Part shown: positions 14,507-24,930 of the stretch, one piece after another | Layout of the letters: each line of letters opens with the position of its first letter | How positions within the stretch are numbered: position 1 is the stretch's first letter | IMG/VR virus record: IMGVR_UViG_3300029318_000015 | Span: 1-44,830 of that record | Origin: a virus | Lineage: Duplodnaviria > Caudoviricetes | Strand: one strand, 5' to 3' | DNA: 44,830 nt | Notes under the pieces: model-generated | Told to the model about the DNA's origin: nothing | What the model saw: only the letters and a program-made list of their open reading frames with translations | Database searches by the model: none | Program-made: the position numbers and the translations under genes

Positions 14507-16374
14507 CTTGGATAGCAGGCAAGCAACAGCCGAGAGACAAGTACTCTACTGAGATCAATCAAAAGATTCTAGAGAAGAAAGGCTTCCTCGAAGAAAAAGA
14601 AGCGAAGCTTCTGTTATATGAATTTATGCGAGGTAATGTCACTTTTACAGTTGATATGCTTAGTGGTATTAAATTATTTCCATTTCAGCATATGGCTATC
14701 AAAGCCATGCTTGAATCAGACTACTTTATGGGAGTCTGGTCTCGTGGTATGTCAAAATCATTCACTACAGGCGTTTTCGCCTTTCTTGATGCAATCATGA
14801 ACCAAGGAGTTGAAATTGGTATCGTGTCAAAGTCTTTTCGACAAGCGAAGATGATATTCAAGAAAATCGAGGATATTTTAAATAAACCCGAAGCCGCAAT
14901 GCTAGCGCAGTGCGTTACCCGAAAATCCAAAGCTAATGACCAATGGACTTTGGAGCTTGGTGAGAGCAAAATCCACGCATTGCCGTTAGGCGATGGTGAG
15001 AAACTTCGTGGTTTTAGATTTCATCGTATTATTATTGATGAGTTTCTTCTTATGCCAGAAAGGATTTATAACGAAGTTATAGTCCCTTTCCTTTCTGTTG
15101 TTGAGAACCCGACTGAACGGGAAGAGCTTTACAACATGGAAACCCAAATGATTAAAGACGGAAAAATGAAAGAGGAGGACAGACATGTCTGGCCGAACAA
15201 TAAGTTGATTATGCTTTCTTCCGCTTCTTATAAGTTTGAGTACATGTATAAATTATATCAGAAATTTGAATCATTAATAAATGGAGAGATTGTTGAAGAT
15301 GGCAACGCTCATCGCACAATTATGCATTTTAGTTATGATTGCGCGCCCAAACAATTATATGATCAAAATCTTATTAATCAGGCTAAGGCCAGTATGAGCC
15401 AAAGCCAGTTTGATCGTGAGTTTGGTGCTGTGTTTACAGACGATAGTTCTGGATACTTTAAAATTTCAAAAATGGCAGCTTGTACGGTTCCAGATGGACA
15501 AAGTCCATGTGTTGAGGTTGCTGGTGAACCTTCTGATAAATATCTTCTTTCTTTTGACCCCAGCTGGGCTGAGAGCGAAAGTTCTGACGATTTTGCCATG
15601 CAAGTATTTAAATTGAACGATGATAACCGTACAGGTACTCTCGTTCATAATTACGCCATGTCTGGCGCCCGCCTGAAGGATCATATATTCTATTTTCATT
15701 ATTTATTAAATAATTTTAATATTGTTGCTATCGTTGGCGACTATAACGGTGGAGTTCAGTTCCTGAATGCCTGCAATGAAAGTAGCCTCTTCAAGCAAAA
15801 CAATTTAAAGATTGACACGATTGGATCAGATCTTGATAATTTGGATAATTATCAACAGGCATTGCGAGATGCTAAGTTAGAATATAATTTAGAAAGTAAA
15901 AAAATTTGTATATTGCGCAAGCCAACATCCCAATGGATTAGAATTGCAAATGAATTACTACAATCTAATTTCGACCACAAGAGAATCTTTTTCGGCTCAA
16001 GAGCCGTCAATGATGATTACCAGAAACAAAGAGCTAAGCGTATTCCCATTAATGAGTTAAAATTCTTGAAAAACACTGAAGATGACAAGCAAAGTTCGGC
16101 GGCAAGAATGATTGACTTAGTGGAACATCAAGTTGATTTAATGGAAATGACCAAGGCGGAATGCGCGCTGATACAAATAAAAACTACAGCTCAAGGAACT
16201 CAAACTTTTGACTTACCAGACAACCTTAAACGACAAAGCGGTCCAGAGAAAGCAAGAAAGGACTCGTACTCGGCATTAGTCTTAGGGAACTGGATGATTA
16301 AAATATATTACGACATGATGAATGTGGAAAGCCAAAATGTTCAAGCTACATTCACTCCAATGTTTGTTGCGTAA
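14503..16374 (+). CDS. terL: terminase large subunit
   Basis: LFPFQ, SRGMSKS (Walker A), RIIIDE (Walker B), LSSAS coupling motif, SFDPS and KDSYSA nuclease acidic residues. Confidence 0.88.
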   Translation: MTWIAGKQQPRDKYSTEINQKILEKKGFLEEKEAKLLLYEFMRGNVTFTVDMLSGIKLFPFQHMAIKAMLESDYFMGVWSRGMSKSFTTGVFAFLDAIMNQGVEIGIVSKSFRQAKMIFKKIEDILNKPEAAMLAQCVTRKSKANDQWTLELGESKIHALPLGDGEKLRGFRFHRIIIDEFLLMPERIYNEVIVPFLSVVENPTEREELYNMETQMIKDGKMKEEDRHVWPNNKLIMLSSASYKFEYMYKLYQKFESLINGEIVEDGNAHRTIMHFSYDCAPKQLYDQNLINQAKASMSQSQFDREFGAVFTDDSSGYFKISKMAACTVPDGQSPCVEVAGEPSDKYLLSFDPSWAESESSDDFAMQVFKLNDDNRTGTLVHNYAMSGARLKDHIFYFHYLLNNFNIVAIVGDYNGGVQFLNACNESSLFKQNNLKIDTIGSDLDNLDNYQQALRDAKLEYNLESKKICILRKPTSQWIRIANELLQSNFDHKRIFFGSRAVNDDYQKQRAKRIPINELKFLKNTEDDKQSSAARMIDLVEHQVDLMEMTKAECALIQIKTTAQGTQTFDLPDNLKRQSGPEKARKDSYSALVLGNWMIKIYYDMMNVESQNVQATFTPMFVA

Positions 16375-16426
16375 AGTTAAAAGTTAACTTTTGACTTTTA
16401 TTGGACTTTTGCTAGACTTTCGTGTA
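16373..16426 (+). promoter_or_regulatory. palindrome + phased GACTTT repeats + GTGTA motif upstream of portal
   Basis: AAAGTTAAAAGTT/AACTTTTGACTTT; GACTTT at 16393, 16404, 16415; GTGTA 16422-16426, N9, ATG. Confidence 0.5.
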
Positions 16427-16435
16427 TCATAAAAT

Positions 16436-18460
16436 ATGTCCAAGCGCAAATATACAAAAAAATCAGATTACTGGGATAAATTCAACAAAAAAGACCTCAA
16501 CGAATTAATCCAGGAAACAAATAATCAATCTCCCAATTGGGAACCTATTATTGCTGGAGATGCTTACTATACGCAAAGCGCAAAAGCAAATTATCAAAGG
16601 ACAGGGGAGTCCGCGAGTGGTGCAAACTGCAGAACTAATACTCGTAAAAATGCGGCGTTCAATAGCAAGAAATCTTGGAAGTACGCAAACATTAGAGAAG
16701 GCGAGCTTCCATATTATTATGGAAAATCTGGCGTGGATATTAGAGATGCAATTATGTTATGTCAAAAAGCATATGCTAACATTCCAATCTTTAGAAATGT
16801 TATTGATATAATGTCTGAGTTTGCTAATACTGAATTAGTATTAGAAGGAGGAACTGAAAAGTCTAAAAACTTTATTGATAAATGGATGCAGAAAATAAAG
16901 CTCTGGAATATTAAAGATCAATATTTTAGAGAGTATTATCGTAGTGGTAATGTATTTATGTATCGTTTAGATAGTAAATTTACTATTGAAGATTTTAATA
17001 GAATGTCAACAATTTATGGTTCTGATTTAATTAAGCCTGGTGATATACCAATTAAATATATTGTTCTAAACCCATATGATATTGCAACGATTAAATCGTC
17101 AAACTTTGATGGTAATGTTTATAGAAAAGTATTATCAGAATATGAATTAGAAAGATTAAAAGATCCTAAGTCTGATTATGATAAAGAAGTATTTAAAAGC
17201 TTAAATCCGAAAGATCAAAAAGCAATCAAAGAAGGAAGATATGGAACTGATGGAATTCACATTGGATTAGACCCAAGCAAGTTAGTTTATTCTTTTTATA
17301 AAAAACAAGATTATGAACCTTTTGCTATTCCTTTTGGTTATCCTGTATTAGATGATTTAAATTGGAAGCTTGAACTTAAAAAGGTTGATCAGGCTGTTAC
17401 TCGTACAATCGAGAATGTTATTTTGTTAATTACCATGGGAAATACTCCTGACAAGGGAGGTATTAATCCTCACAATTTACAAGCCATGCAATCTTTGTTT
17501 AAGAATGAAAGTATTGGTAGAGTATTGGTTAGTGATTATACAACAAAAGCAGAATTTATTATTCCTGATTTGAATAGAGTATTAGGCCCCGAAAAGTATC
17601 AGATTGTCGATCAAGACATCAAGGAAGCTTTACAGAATGTTGTGGTCGGAAGTGAAAGATATAGTAATACTCAAGTCAAGGCTCAAATATTTCTTGAAAG
17701 ATTAAAAGAAGCTCGTAATGCTTTTATCAATGATTTTCTTCAGCCACAAATTAAATTAGTTTGTAAAAACCTTGGCTTTAGAAAGTATCCTATTGTTAAA
17801 TTTCAAGAGATCGATCTTAAAGACGAAGTGCAATTACAAAGAGTTACTACCCGTCTTATGGAACTTGGCATTCTTACTCCAGAGCAAGGTATACAAACAA
17901 TCAAAACTGGACTTTATCCTGAAAACCAAAAAATTGGAGAAGGTCAAGAGCAATATGTTGAGGATCGACAAAAAGGACATTATACTCCTTTGGTTGGTGG
18001 TCAACCGCTACCGCTAGACGAAGAACAGGCAGCAGCTCAAGCCCCACAACAGCAACCAAATAATCAACAGCAACCTCCAAGTACGCCACAGCAACCAGGA
18101 AGACCATCTGGAACAAACAAAGAAGGACGTACTGCACTTGCTGACAGAAAAAGTATTCAAGCTACCATTTATAAAACAGAAGAATTGTTTAAGTTTGCTC
18201 AGGCTGAGATGAAAAAAGCCAACAGCATAAAAAGACTATCCAAGGATAAAAAATCTTTATTAGAAGAACTATGTAAAACTGTTATTATTTCTTCGGAAAA
18301 AGAAAATTGGGAGCAGGAAATTAAATCTTGTATTTCAGATTTTAATAATATAGAAAAGCTTTCTCCATTAAAAGAAATTCTTGATGTTTCGAATGAAAAT
18401 GAAATGGAGCTTTATCCATCTGCATTATATTATCATAGCAGAGAAGATTCACAAGAATAA
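16436..18460 (+). CDS. portal protein
   Basis: Follows terL; YANIPIFRNVIDIMSEF and FREYYRSGNVF helices are portal-like; Q/P-rich linker near the C-terminus. Confidence 0.8.
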   Translation: MSKRKYTKKSDYWDKFNKKDLNELIQETNNQSPNWEPIIAGDAYYTQSAKANYQRTGESASGANCRTNTRKNAAFNSKKSWKYANIREGELPYYYGKSGVDIRDAIMLCQKAYANIPIFRNVIDIMSEFANTELVLEGGTEKSKNFIDKWMQKIKLWNIKDQYFREYYRSGNVFMYRLDSKFTIEDFNRMSTIYGSDLIKPGDIPIKYIVLNPYDIATIKSSNFDGNVYRKVLSEYELERLKDPKSDYDKEVFKSLNPKDQKAIKEGRYGTDGIHIGLDPSKLVYSFYKKQDYEPFAIPFGYPVLDDLNWKLELKKVDQAVTRTIENVILLITMGNTPDKGGINPHNLQAMQSLFKNESIGRVLVSDYTTKAEFIIPDLNRVLGPEKYQIVDQDIKEALQNVVVGSERYSNTQVKAQIFLERLKEARNAFINDFLQPQIKLVCKNLGFRKYPIVKFQEIDLKDEVQLQRVTTRLMELGILTPEQGIQTIKTGLYPENQKIGEGQEQYVEDRQKGHYTPLVGGQPLPLDEEQAAAQAPQQQPNNQQQPPSTPQQPGRPSGTNKEGRTALADRKSIQATIYKTEELFKFAQAEMKKANSIKRLSKDKKSLLEELCKTVIISSEKENWEQEIKSCISDFNNIEKLSPLKEILDVSNENEMELYPSALYYHSREDSQE

Positions 18461-18484
18461 CGTTTTTGTGTATTTAAATAAAAT

Positions 18485-20101
18485 ATGAAAAACAATCCTT
18501 TTAAATTTACAAGTCATTTTGAGAGTGAGATTCAAGCTTCTTGCGTTGATGGAACTTGCAAAATGTTTAATGTAAGTGAGGCATCATTAGAAAGTCTTAA
18601 AACATTAATACCTGAAGATGTTGATCTTGATCAGAATATTGATTTATTAGCTGTTGCATTTAATGCCGCCGTTGTTAATAGATTTAACAAGAATGGTGAC
18701 GGTATTGATACCGAGACTGCTCTTGCGATTAAAGATTACTTTATTCATAAACCAACAAACATTGAACATCAGAAAAATAAAGTTGTTGGACATATTATTT
18801 CTTCCTCTTTTAGTGAATATGGCACTAATAAAATATTAGAAGCTTCAGAATTAATGGATGAGACTGGACCTTTTAATATAGCATTGGGCGCATTGGTTTA
18901 TAAAATTGTTAATCCAACATTTGCTAGCTTAATCGAACAAAGCCAAGAAGAAGGTGAATATAAGAATGTTATCTCTGCGAGCTGGGAAATCGGATTTAAT
19001 GATTATGTAATTGCAGTAGGCAGCGATAATTTAAATGACGCCGAAATAATTTCTGACGAAAATAAAATTCAAGAATTTAATAAATATTTAAAAGCCTATG
19101 ACGGTGAGGGACAAATGGATGACGGAACTCCCGTTTTTCGATTGGTGGTCGGAGACATCTACCCACTTGGAATCGGCTTTACCACTAACCCTGCGGCTGA
19201 TGTGAAGGGAGTTATCATGGATAAGAAAAATTCAGAAAACCAAACTGAACAAAATACCGCAAACGAAAAAATACACATACAAAACAAAAGTTTTTATAAA
19301 AAAAATGAAAATAATTGTTCCCTTTCAAAAGAAAATTCTGTAAACAACACAAACGAAATAACTATGGATAATCAAGATCTACTTAAACAAATCGAAGGCA
19401 TGCTTTCGGAAAAGATTGGCGACAGCCAACAATTCGAAGAGGCCGTTGCTAGCGTTTCTAAGGTTATGATGGAAGCTATTCGTGAGAAAGACGCATCTTG
19501 GCAAGAAGAAAAAGAGCAAAAAGAAAAAGCTCTTGCTGAAGCTACTGAGCGTCAAGAAGCCCTCTCCAAAGAAATGGAAGAGCTTAAAGAAAAACTCACA
19601 GCATCCGAAGAACAATGGAAAGAGCTATCTGAAGAAAAACGTCTTCGCGAAGCAAAGGATCTTTTCAATTCAAGAATGGCTTCTGTTACTGAAGCTTTCG
19701 ATTTGAATGAAGAGGATCTTAAAATTGTCGCTTCCGAAGTTTCCGAGCTCGAATCTACCGAAGAAGCTTTCGCATCTTACGAAGATAAGCTTAAAGTAAT
19801 GTGGGAACACAAAACTAAAGCTTACATCGAAGAACAAGAAAAGCTTTTCCAAGAAAAGCTCGAAGCAGAAATCAAAAAACGCGTTGAAGACCTTTCAGAA
19901 AGCACTGCTTCTGAAGAGGTTTCTGAAGAATCATCTGAAGAAGCTTCCGAAGAGGTTGCAGAAGAAGTATTGGAAGACGTTGAAGAAGAATCTGCAGCAA
20001 GCATTTCAAATAACAATGAAGCAGCTTCTAGCGAAGAGCAATCTCTTCGTGAGAAATTTAATTCTGCTTTTACAAAAGAAAACATTCAAATTAAATATTA
20101 A
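18485..20101 (+). CDS. prohead protease / scaffold fusion
   Basis: NKNGDGI, PTNIEH..VVGHI, SASWEIGF, GIGFTTNPAA, followed by a long acidic coiled coil; lies between portal and capsid; GTGTA at 18468. Confidence 0.75.
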   Translation: MKNNPFKFTSHFESEIQASCVDGTCKMFNVSEASLESLKTLIPEDVDLDQNIDLLAVAFNAAVVNRFNKNGDGIDTETALAIKDYFIHKPTNIEHQKNKVVGHIISSSFSEYGTNKILEASELMDETGPFNIALGALVYKIVNPTFASLIEQSQEEGEYKNVISASWEIGFNDYVIAVGSDNLNDAEIISDENKIQEFNKYLKAYDGEGQMDDGTPVFRLVVGDIYPLGIGFTTNPAADVKGVIMDKKNSENQTEQNTANEKIHIQNKSFYKKNENNCSLSKENSVNNTNEITMDNQDLLKQIEGMLSEKIGDSQQFEEAVASVSKVMMEAIREKDASWQEEKEQKEKALAEATERQEALSKEMEELKEKLTASEEQWKELSEEKRLREAKDLFNSRMASVTEAFDLNEEDLKIVASEVSELESTEEAFASYEDKLKVMWEHKTKAYIEEQEKLFQEKLEAEIKKRVEDLSESTASEEVSEESSEEASEEVAEEVLEDVEEESAASISNNNEAASSEEQSLREKFNSAFTKENIQIKY

Positions 20102-20106
20102 TAATC

Positions 20107-20775
20107 ATGGCTATTAGATTACTACCATTCCGTCAGTACGCTGAAGAAGATGTTGTAAATCTCTTTGCAAATGATTCGGCTAACGATAAAGTTACCGATT
20201 CAGGAGCTGGAGACGCAGGTATCTTTGTAACAGTAAGTGCTGGGGACTTCAGTGCTGATCCCGTTGGATATGTTGATAATTCTTACCTCGGTAAGACTGA
20301 CTATCCTTTTATCGGACGCAATCAGTATCCAACTGTCCCATTGAAAGTTACAGCTGCATCAGGTGGGCAATCCTGCGTTGGAGTGACCTTGTTACAGACT
20401 GCATTGAAGGATGAAAACGACGAAAAACTTCTTTACTATCCACAAAAGAAGCTTGAAACTCAATCTGTATTGAGCGGCGAAGCAGTACCAGTTCTTGGAA
20501 AAGGTATTGTTTCCTTAACCGACGATGCATTTGAGGGAGGAAGCATTCCTGCCGTTGGAAACTTTGTAGAAGTAAGTGCTTCAGAACTTGGAAAAATCAC
20601 CGACGCTGGTGCAACCATGCCTGGAGTCGTTGGTAAAACTATCGTTGGTCAAATTTTGGCTAAAGGACAGCGCGTAAATCGCGGTGTTTCTGACGATCAG
20701 TTCGCTGGAGCTTCTGTTGGAACAGGTGCTGCTGGATCAGACGGCAATTACGCCGTTGTTCGTATTAACTGCTAA
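20107..20775 (+). CDS. head decoration / minor capsid protein (putative)
   Basis: Gly-rich beta-type protein between scaffold and major capsid. Confidence 0.6.
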   Translation: MAIRLLPFRQYAEEDVVNLFANDSANDKVTDSGAGDAGIFVTVSAGDFSADPVGYVDNSYLGKTDYPFIGRNQYPTVPLKVTAASGGQSCVGVTLLQTALKDENDEKLLYYPQKKLETQSVLSGEAVPVLGKGIVSLTDDAFEGGSIPAVGNFVEVSASELGKITDAGATMPGVVGKTIVGQILAKGQRVNRGVSDDQFAGASVGTGAAGSDGNYAVVRINC

Positions 20776-20793
20776 TTTTAAGGACTTAAGAAA

Positions 20794-21900
20794 ATGAATA
20801 TTACTCTTAAACGTACAGATGAGCAAGTCGAGCTTGTAAAAGCTATGGCTTCTCGCAATCGTGACGTTGCTTATGAAGCTCAAGCTGCTTTGGCTGAGTT
20901 CATGGGTCCCGTTCTTGCTGAAGTAGTTAATCAAGCTCCTACTTTGAGCAACATGTTTAGCTCTTTCTCATTTAACGCTGATAGCAACCCAAGTCTTCCA
21001 CTTGATCTCTATTATGACATCAATGCTGACGATTACATCAAGGTTTACAGCACCACGGTTCCTGGAGGTCTTCCTACCAACCAAGTGCTTCCTACAGCTA
21101 GCGAAATGAAGTTCACTACTTATCGCCTTGATAGTGCGATTAGTTTTGATCGTCGTTATGCAGCTCAATCACGTCTTGATGTTGTTGGTAAATCATTCAC
21201 AAGAATCGCTCAAGAAGTTCTTCTTAAGCAAGAAGCTACTTCTGCTAACTTGCTTCTTGGTTCTTTGGCTGACGCTGTTACTAATCAAAAAGATCACGTT
21301 AAGGCTCAAGCTAATGCTGCTCTTGGATTTACCTTGGCTGACTTCAATGAGTTGATCACCCTTGCAAAGCGTATCAATACTGCTTGGACTGGTGGAACTC
21401 CTGAAGGTGCTGTTAAAGGCATTACTGATCTTCTTGTATCTCCTGAGATCATGGAAGATCTTCGTGCAATGGCTTACAATCCAGTAAATGTCAAAAGTAA
21501 CAATGCTGCTGCTAATAATGACATTGCTGCTCCTGAAGCTTATCGTTCTAGCGTATTCACCAACGGTGGAGTACCTGAGCTTTACGGCATCGGACTTATG
21601 GAGCTTAATGAACTTGGACCAAACCGCAAATTCTGTCGTGTATTCGAACAGTTTGCTAGTGCTGGTAGTACAACCGCTCAAACTTTCGCTGCAGGCGACG
21701 ATCTTGTTATCGGTCTTGATCGCACACGTGAATCTTTGATTCGTGCGATTGCTACTGACGCAGAAAGCGGTTCTGAGTTTACTCTTGCTGCTGATGACCA
21801 ATACAGCGTACGTCAACAAAAGATCGGTTACTACGGATCTCTTGAAGAAGGACGCATGGTTATCGACAATCGTGTTTTGACTGGTATTATCATCAAGTAA
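20794..21900 (+). CDS. major capsid protein
   Basis: 368 aa, strong codon bias, ITDLLVSPE motif, position after scaffold/decoration, followed by a strong terminator. Confidence 0.85.
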   Translation: MNITLKRTDEQVELVKAMASRNRDVAYEAQAALAEFMGPVLAEVVNQAPTLSNMFSSFSFNADSNPSLPLDLYYDINADDYIKVYSTTVPGGLPTNQVLPTASEMKFTTYRLDSAISFDRRYAAQSRLDVVGKSFTRIAQEVLLKQEATSANLLLGSLADAVTNQKDHVKAQANAALGFTLADFNELITLAKRINTAWTGGTPEGAVKGITDLLVSPEIMEDLRAMAYNPVNVKSNNAAANNDIAAPEAYRSSVFTNGGVPELYGIGLMELNELGPNRKFCRVFEQFASAGSTTAQTFAAGDDLVIGLDRTRESLIRAIATDAESGSEFTLAADDQYSVRQQKIGYYGSLEEGRMVIDNRVLTGIIIK

Positions 21901-21927
21901 GACCAAAGGTCAAAAAATCTTATAAAG

Positions 21928-21954
21928 AAACCCGCCCATGTGGCGGGTTTTTTT
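21928..21954 (+). terminator. Rho-independent terminator
   Basis: AAACCCGCC-CATGT-GGCGGGTTT-TTTT. Confidence 0.9.
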
Positions 21955-22022
21955 ATTTCTACAATGATTGATTTTAGTGTATAACGAATATATAATATAT
22001 CTACAAACCTTAATATATTATT

Positions 22023-22424
22023 ATGCCAAGAAAAAAGAACAGTACAGTTAAAAAAACTAAAAAATCCACTGCCAAGAAAGTGGAAGATTTAAAAGTTGTA
22101 GATGGAAAAAGTGACAAGGAAAAGGTTAAAGACCTTGAACAGATCCTTGGAGTAAAAAATGCAAACCCATTTGGAACACATAGTGAAGAAGAATTGGTCG
22201 AACGTATGAACGGTATGACCATTACAGATTTACAAACATTCGGAATCAAAGTTGGCATTCTGCCAAGCGGAAACAAAATGATTCTCAAGAATAAAATCCT
22301 AAAAGCATTTAAAACTCATGAAGGTGCGGGCATGGGTCATAACATTGGGTATATTACTCCAATGATGGATCCTAATAGTGAAGCCGCAAAAAATATACTT
22401 AAGATTTCACAAGAAGGGTTTTAA
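22023..22424 (+). CDS. hypothetical virion-module protein
   Basis: 133 aa, basic N-terminus; GTGTA at 21977. Confidence 0.7.
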   Translation: MPRKKNSTVKKTKKSTAKKVEDLKVVDGKSDKEKVKDLEQILGVKNANPFGTHSEEELVERMNGMTITDLQTFGIKVGILPSGNKMILKNKILKAFKTHEGAGMGHNIGYITPMMDPNSEAAKNILKISQEGF

Positions 22425-22426
22425 AA

Positions 22427-22915
22427 ATGTCAAGCATAGGTGAGATTGCAACGCGAATATATGAGACTCAATTTGATGATGCGCCTACTCAATTGGAGAG
22501 AGAATTTAAAATTGAGGCAATCTCTGGATGGTTAGAGGCAAATATAGGCCAGTTTAATAATTTAACTTATCAAAGCTTTGGTACGGGAGATAGTTTTCTT
22601 TTAGAAGAGGAAAATATATTAACCCAATTATACCTCAAGGATTATTACAATAAACAAGCCCGAGCTGTTTTAATTGGAGCTACTACTGGAGCATTAGAAT
22701 GGACAAGGCTTACAGAAGGCGATACCACTATTGTGAGAAATAATAATATTGATTTTGCCAGAGAGTATAAAAATTTATCCAAAAACGCTGCAGAAGAATT
22801 AACAAGCTTAGTATATTCATACAACTCATACCAAGCCATGCCGAGGCAAACCGCTGGTTTTGATGGTGGTTTGGAAGCTACAGGAAATTGTAACACCACA
22901 GGCTCTTCTAATTAA
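22427..22915 (+). CDS. putative head-tail adaptor
   Basis: Position after capsid genes; WTRLTEGDTTIVR beta-hairpin. Confidence 0.5.
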   Translation: MSSIGEIATRIYETQFDDAPTQLEREFKIEAISGWLEANIGQFNNLTYQSFGTGDSFLLEEENILTQLYLKDYYNKQARAVLIGATTGALEWTRLTEGDTTIVRNNNIDFAREYKNLSKNAAEELTSLVYSYNSYQAMPRQTAGFDGGLEATGNCNTTGSSN

Positions 22916-22920
22916 AAGGC

Positions 22921-23364
22921 ATGACATCATTCCTTTCAGGCCCTGAAAAAAATGCAATTGGAGATGTATTCAATCATATGCATGATACATTTGCTAGGGA
23001 TATTACTGTATTCCAAAGAGAGAATGAAATATTTGTTGCCACTAATGGAACATATAATGCATTATATGCTAGAATTAAAAATGCCCCAACTACCCGCGCT
23101 AAAGTTACAGAAACAAAGGTAAAGGCTAGAATTTTATACGCTCAACAGCAAAAAGAGATGAGCTTGCCTGGAAATGCTCAAGTTAATGTTGAAATGAGCG
23201 AAGGTTCTGTCAGGGTTAAAATTGATGAAGCAGGATATAAATTATTTACAAAAGCATCTAAGATAGAAATTGATGGAGAGGTTTTTCGTATTGTTAGTGA
23301 TCCAGCTAAAGCAGGCCCATTTGATGTAAAGTTTTATATTCTATATTTAAGAAGGACTGACTAA
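22921..23364 (+). CDS. putative head closure protein
   Basis: Beta-rich, KIEIDGEVFRIVSD; synteny. Confidence 0.5.
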   Translation: MTSFLSGPEKNAIGDVFNHMHDTFARDITVFQRENEIFVATNGTYNALYARIKNAPTTRAKVTETKVKARILYAQQQKEMSLPGNAQVNVEMSEGSVRVKIDEAGYKLFTKASKIEIDGEVFRIVSDPAKAGPFDVKFYILYLRRTD

Positions 23365-23975
23365 TGGCTAAGATAAACATGAGGGGTCTCAAAGCTGAAA
23401 TAGCTCAAAAAGGCTATAAAATAGTCAAGCCTGTTGTTGAGGCTAGAGTGAGATCTGAATTAGAAAAATCAAAAAAGGAGCTTCTTCAAGACTTTGATAA
23501 CCATGCGGTCACCAAAGAGATACAAAATGGAAATAATTCTTCAAATATATCAAATACATTAGGTGGATATGGAAATCTTTTTACTTTTATTGGATTTGAT
23601 AGTTCAGCTGATCCGATTTCTCCAATTAGAAGTTTACTTGCTAGGTCAATAAAAATACAAAGTCTACGAAAGAAAACAAACGAGTTAGCTTTTGTATTAA
23701 GATTTACAATACCGACAAAAGAAGAAATTGCCGCTGTATCTCCAACCCCATGGTCTACAGAGAGCTGGGTTGATGCAGTAGAAAAAGGCATGAGTGGACT
23801 TGGTAGATATTTATATTCAAACGATAAAAATAGATTCAGCACCAGTAGATCAAGGGGAGGTATTGAAGCTAAATTTGATGTACGACCAGGACAAACATCT
23901 AAGCCTATAGATTACATGTCTGGAATCTTCACTAGAATGTTAAAAAATATAGAGCAAAACCTTAAAAGAATATGA
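23364..23975 (+). CDS. putative neck / tail completion protein
   Basis: Basic 203 aa protein; synteny. Confidence 0.45.
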   Translation: MAKINMRGLKAEIAQKGYKIVKPVVEARVRSELEKSKKELLQDFDNHAVTKEIQNGNNSSNISNTLGGYGNLFTFIGFDSSADPISPIRSLLARSIKIQSLRKKTNELAFVLRFTIPTKEEIAAVSPTPWSTESWVDAVEKGMSGLGRYLYSNDKNRFSTSRSRGGIEAKFDVRPGQTSKPIDYMSGIFTRMLKNIEQNLKRI

Positions 23976-24874
23976 AGCCCCAGTTTGATCATAAAGTATT
24001 AAGTAGTTTTTATCTATGGTTTGATGATAAAGTTACCAGAGTTGCTGAAGCTCAGGAGTCTGGAATAAGTCAGCAATTTTATTACTCAGATGAAGCTGTT
24101 GATGTTCCAGCTAATCAAGTGGCATACTATAGTCCAGACAGGCAATTTGTATCTAACGGAAGCACTGTACCGAGTGGAGTTTATGCAAAAGGAGGCCCAT
24201 TTGGGCCAAACTATGTATTTATAGATCAACAACCTAATAGCTCTGTTGGCTTAATGATTGATCATGATCAAGGAAGAGTAATATTTAATTCTGGTGTTGG
24301 TAGAGATTTAGAAGTAAGCGGTAATTTCTCAAGAAAAACTTTAAATACATATATTACTAATGAAAGTGAAGAAGAGCTTTTATTAAATACTGATTTTTTA
24401 TTAGCTACTCAAGATGATTCTACATTCTTACAATCAATAAATGGATTAGGATCATTGAATTATACATTGCCCGCCGCATTTTTAAGTTATAATTCTAGCG
24501 TTAATAAGCCGTTTGCTCTTGGCGGCATGCAAGATACCAAAAGTAATATTAGAGTTGTGGTTATTGCAAATGATAATTTTTCATTAGATGCGACTTTATC
24601 TTTATTTAGAGATTCTACCGAAAGTTGCGTACCGATTGTTGAATTTGAAGATTTTCCATTCGGTGAATATTTTCACATAAAAAATCCACCATATGATTAT
24701 GAAACCCTCTATAATAATAGGCTGGGGGATGGTAATCATATATTCATAGAACGAGTGAATTGCAGTAAATTACTAGACACTGCGAGCTCAGCAATGAACA
24801 TAGCAAAAAACATGAGAATTGGGTTTATAGACTTTTATTTAAGCACACCCAGATTCCCTAAATTAGAAACTTAA
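23972..24874 (+). CDS. putative tail terminator / neck protein
   Basis: LPAAFLS...PFALGG motif; directly before the tail tube gene. Confidence 0.45.
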   Translation: MKPQFDHKVLSSFYLWFDDKVTRVAEAQESGISQQFYYSDEAVDVPANQVAYYSPDRQFVSNGSTVPSGVYAKGGPFGPNYVFIDQQPNSSVGLMIDHDQGRVIFNSGVGRDLEVSGNFSRKTLNTYITNESEEELLLNTDFLLATQDDSTFLQSINGLGSLNYTLPAAFLSYNSSVNKPFALGGMQDTKSNIRVVVIANDNFSLDATLSLFRDSTESCVPIVEFEDFPFGEYFHIKNPPYDYETLYNNRLGDGNHIFIERVNCSKLLDTASSAMNIAKNMRIGFIDFYLSTPRFPKLET

Positions 24875-24930
24875 AAAAATGTTCTCTTTTAGTTCTTTTT
24901 GCTGTATATAGTTAAAAACATTTATTTATT

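Noticed and set aside
21193-21906. 237-aa minus-strand ORF over the capsid gene (likewise 25350..25823 over the tail tube)
   Set aside because: Antisense open frames arising from the strong codon bias of highly expressed genes; no start signals.
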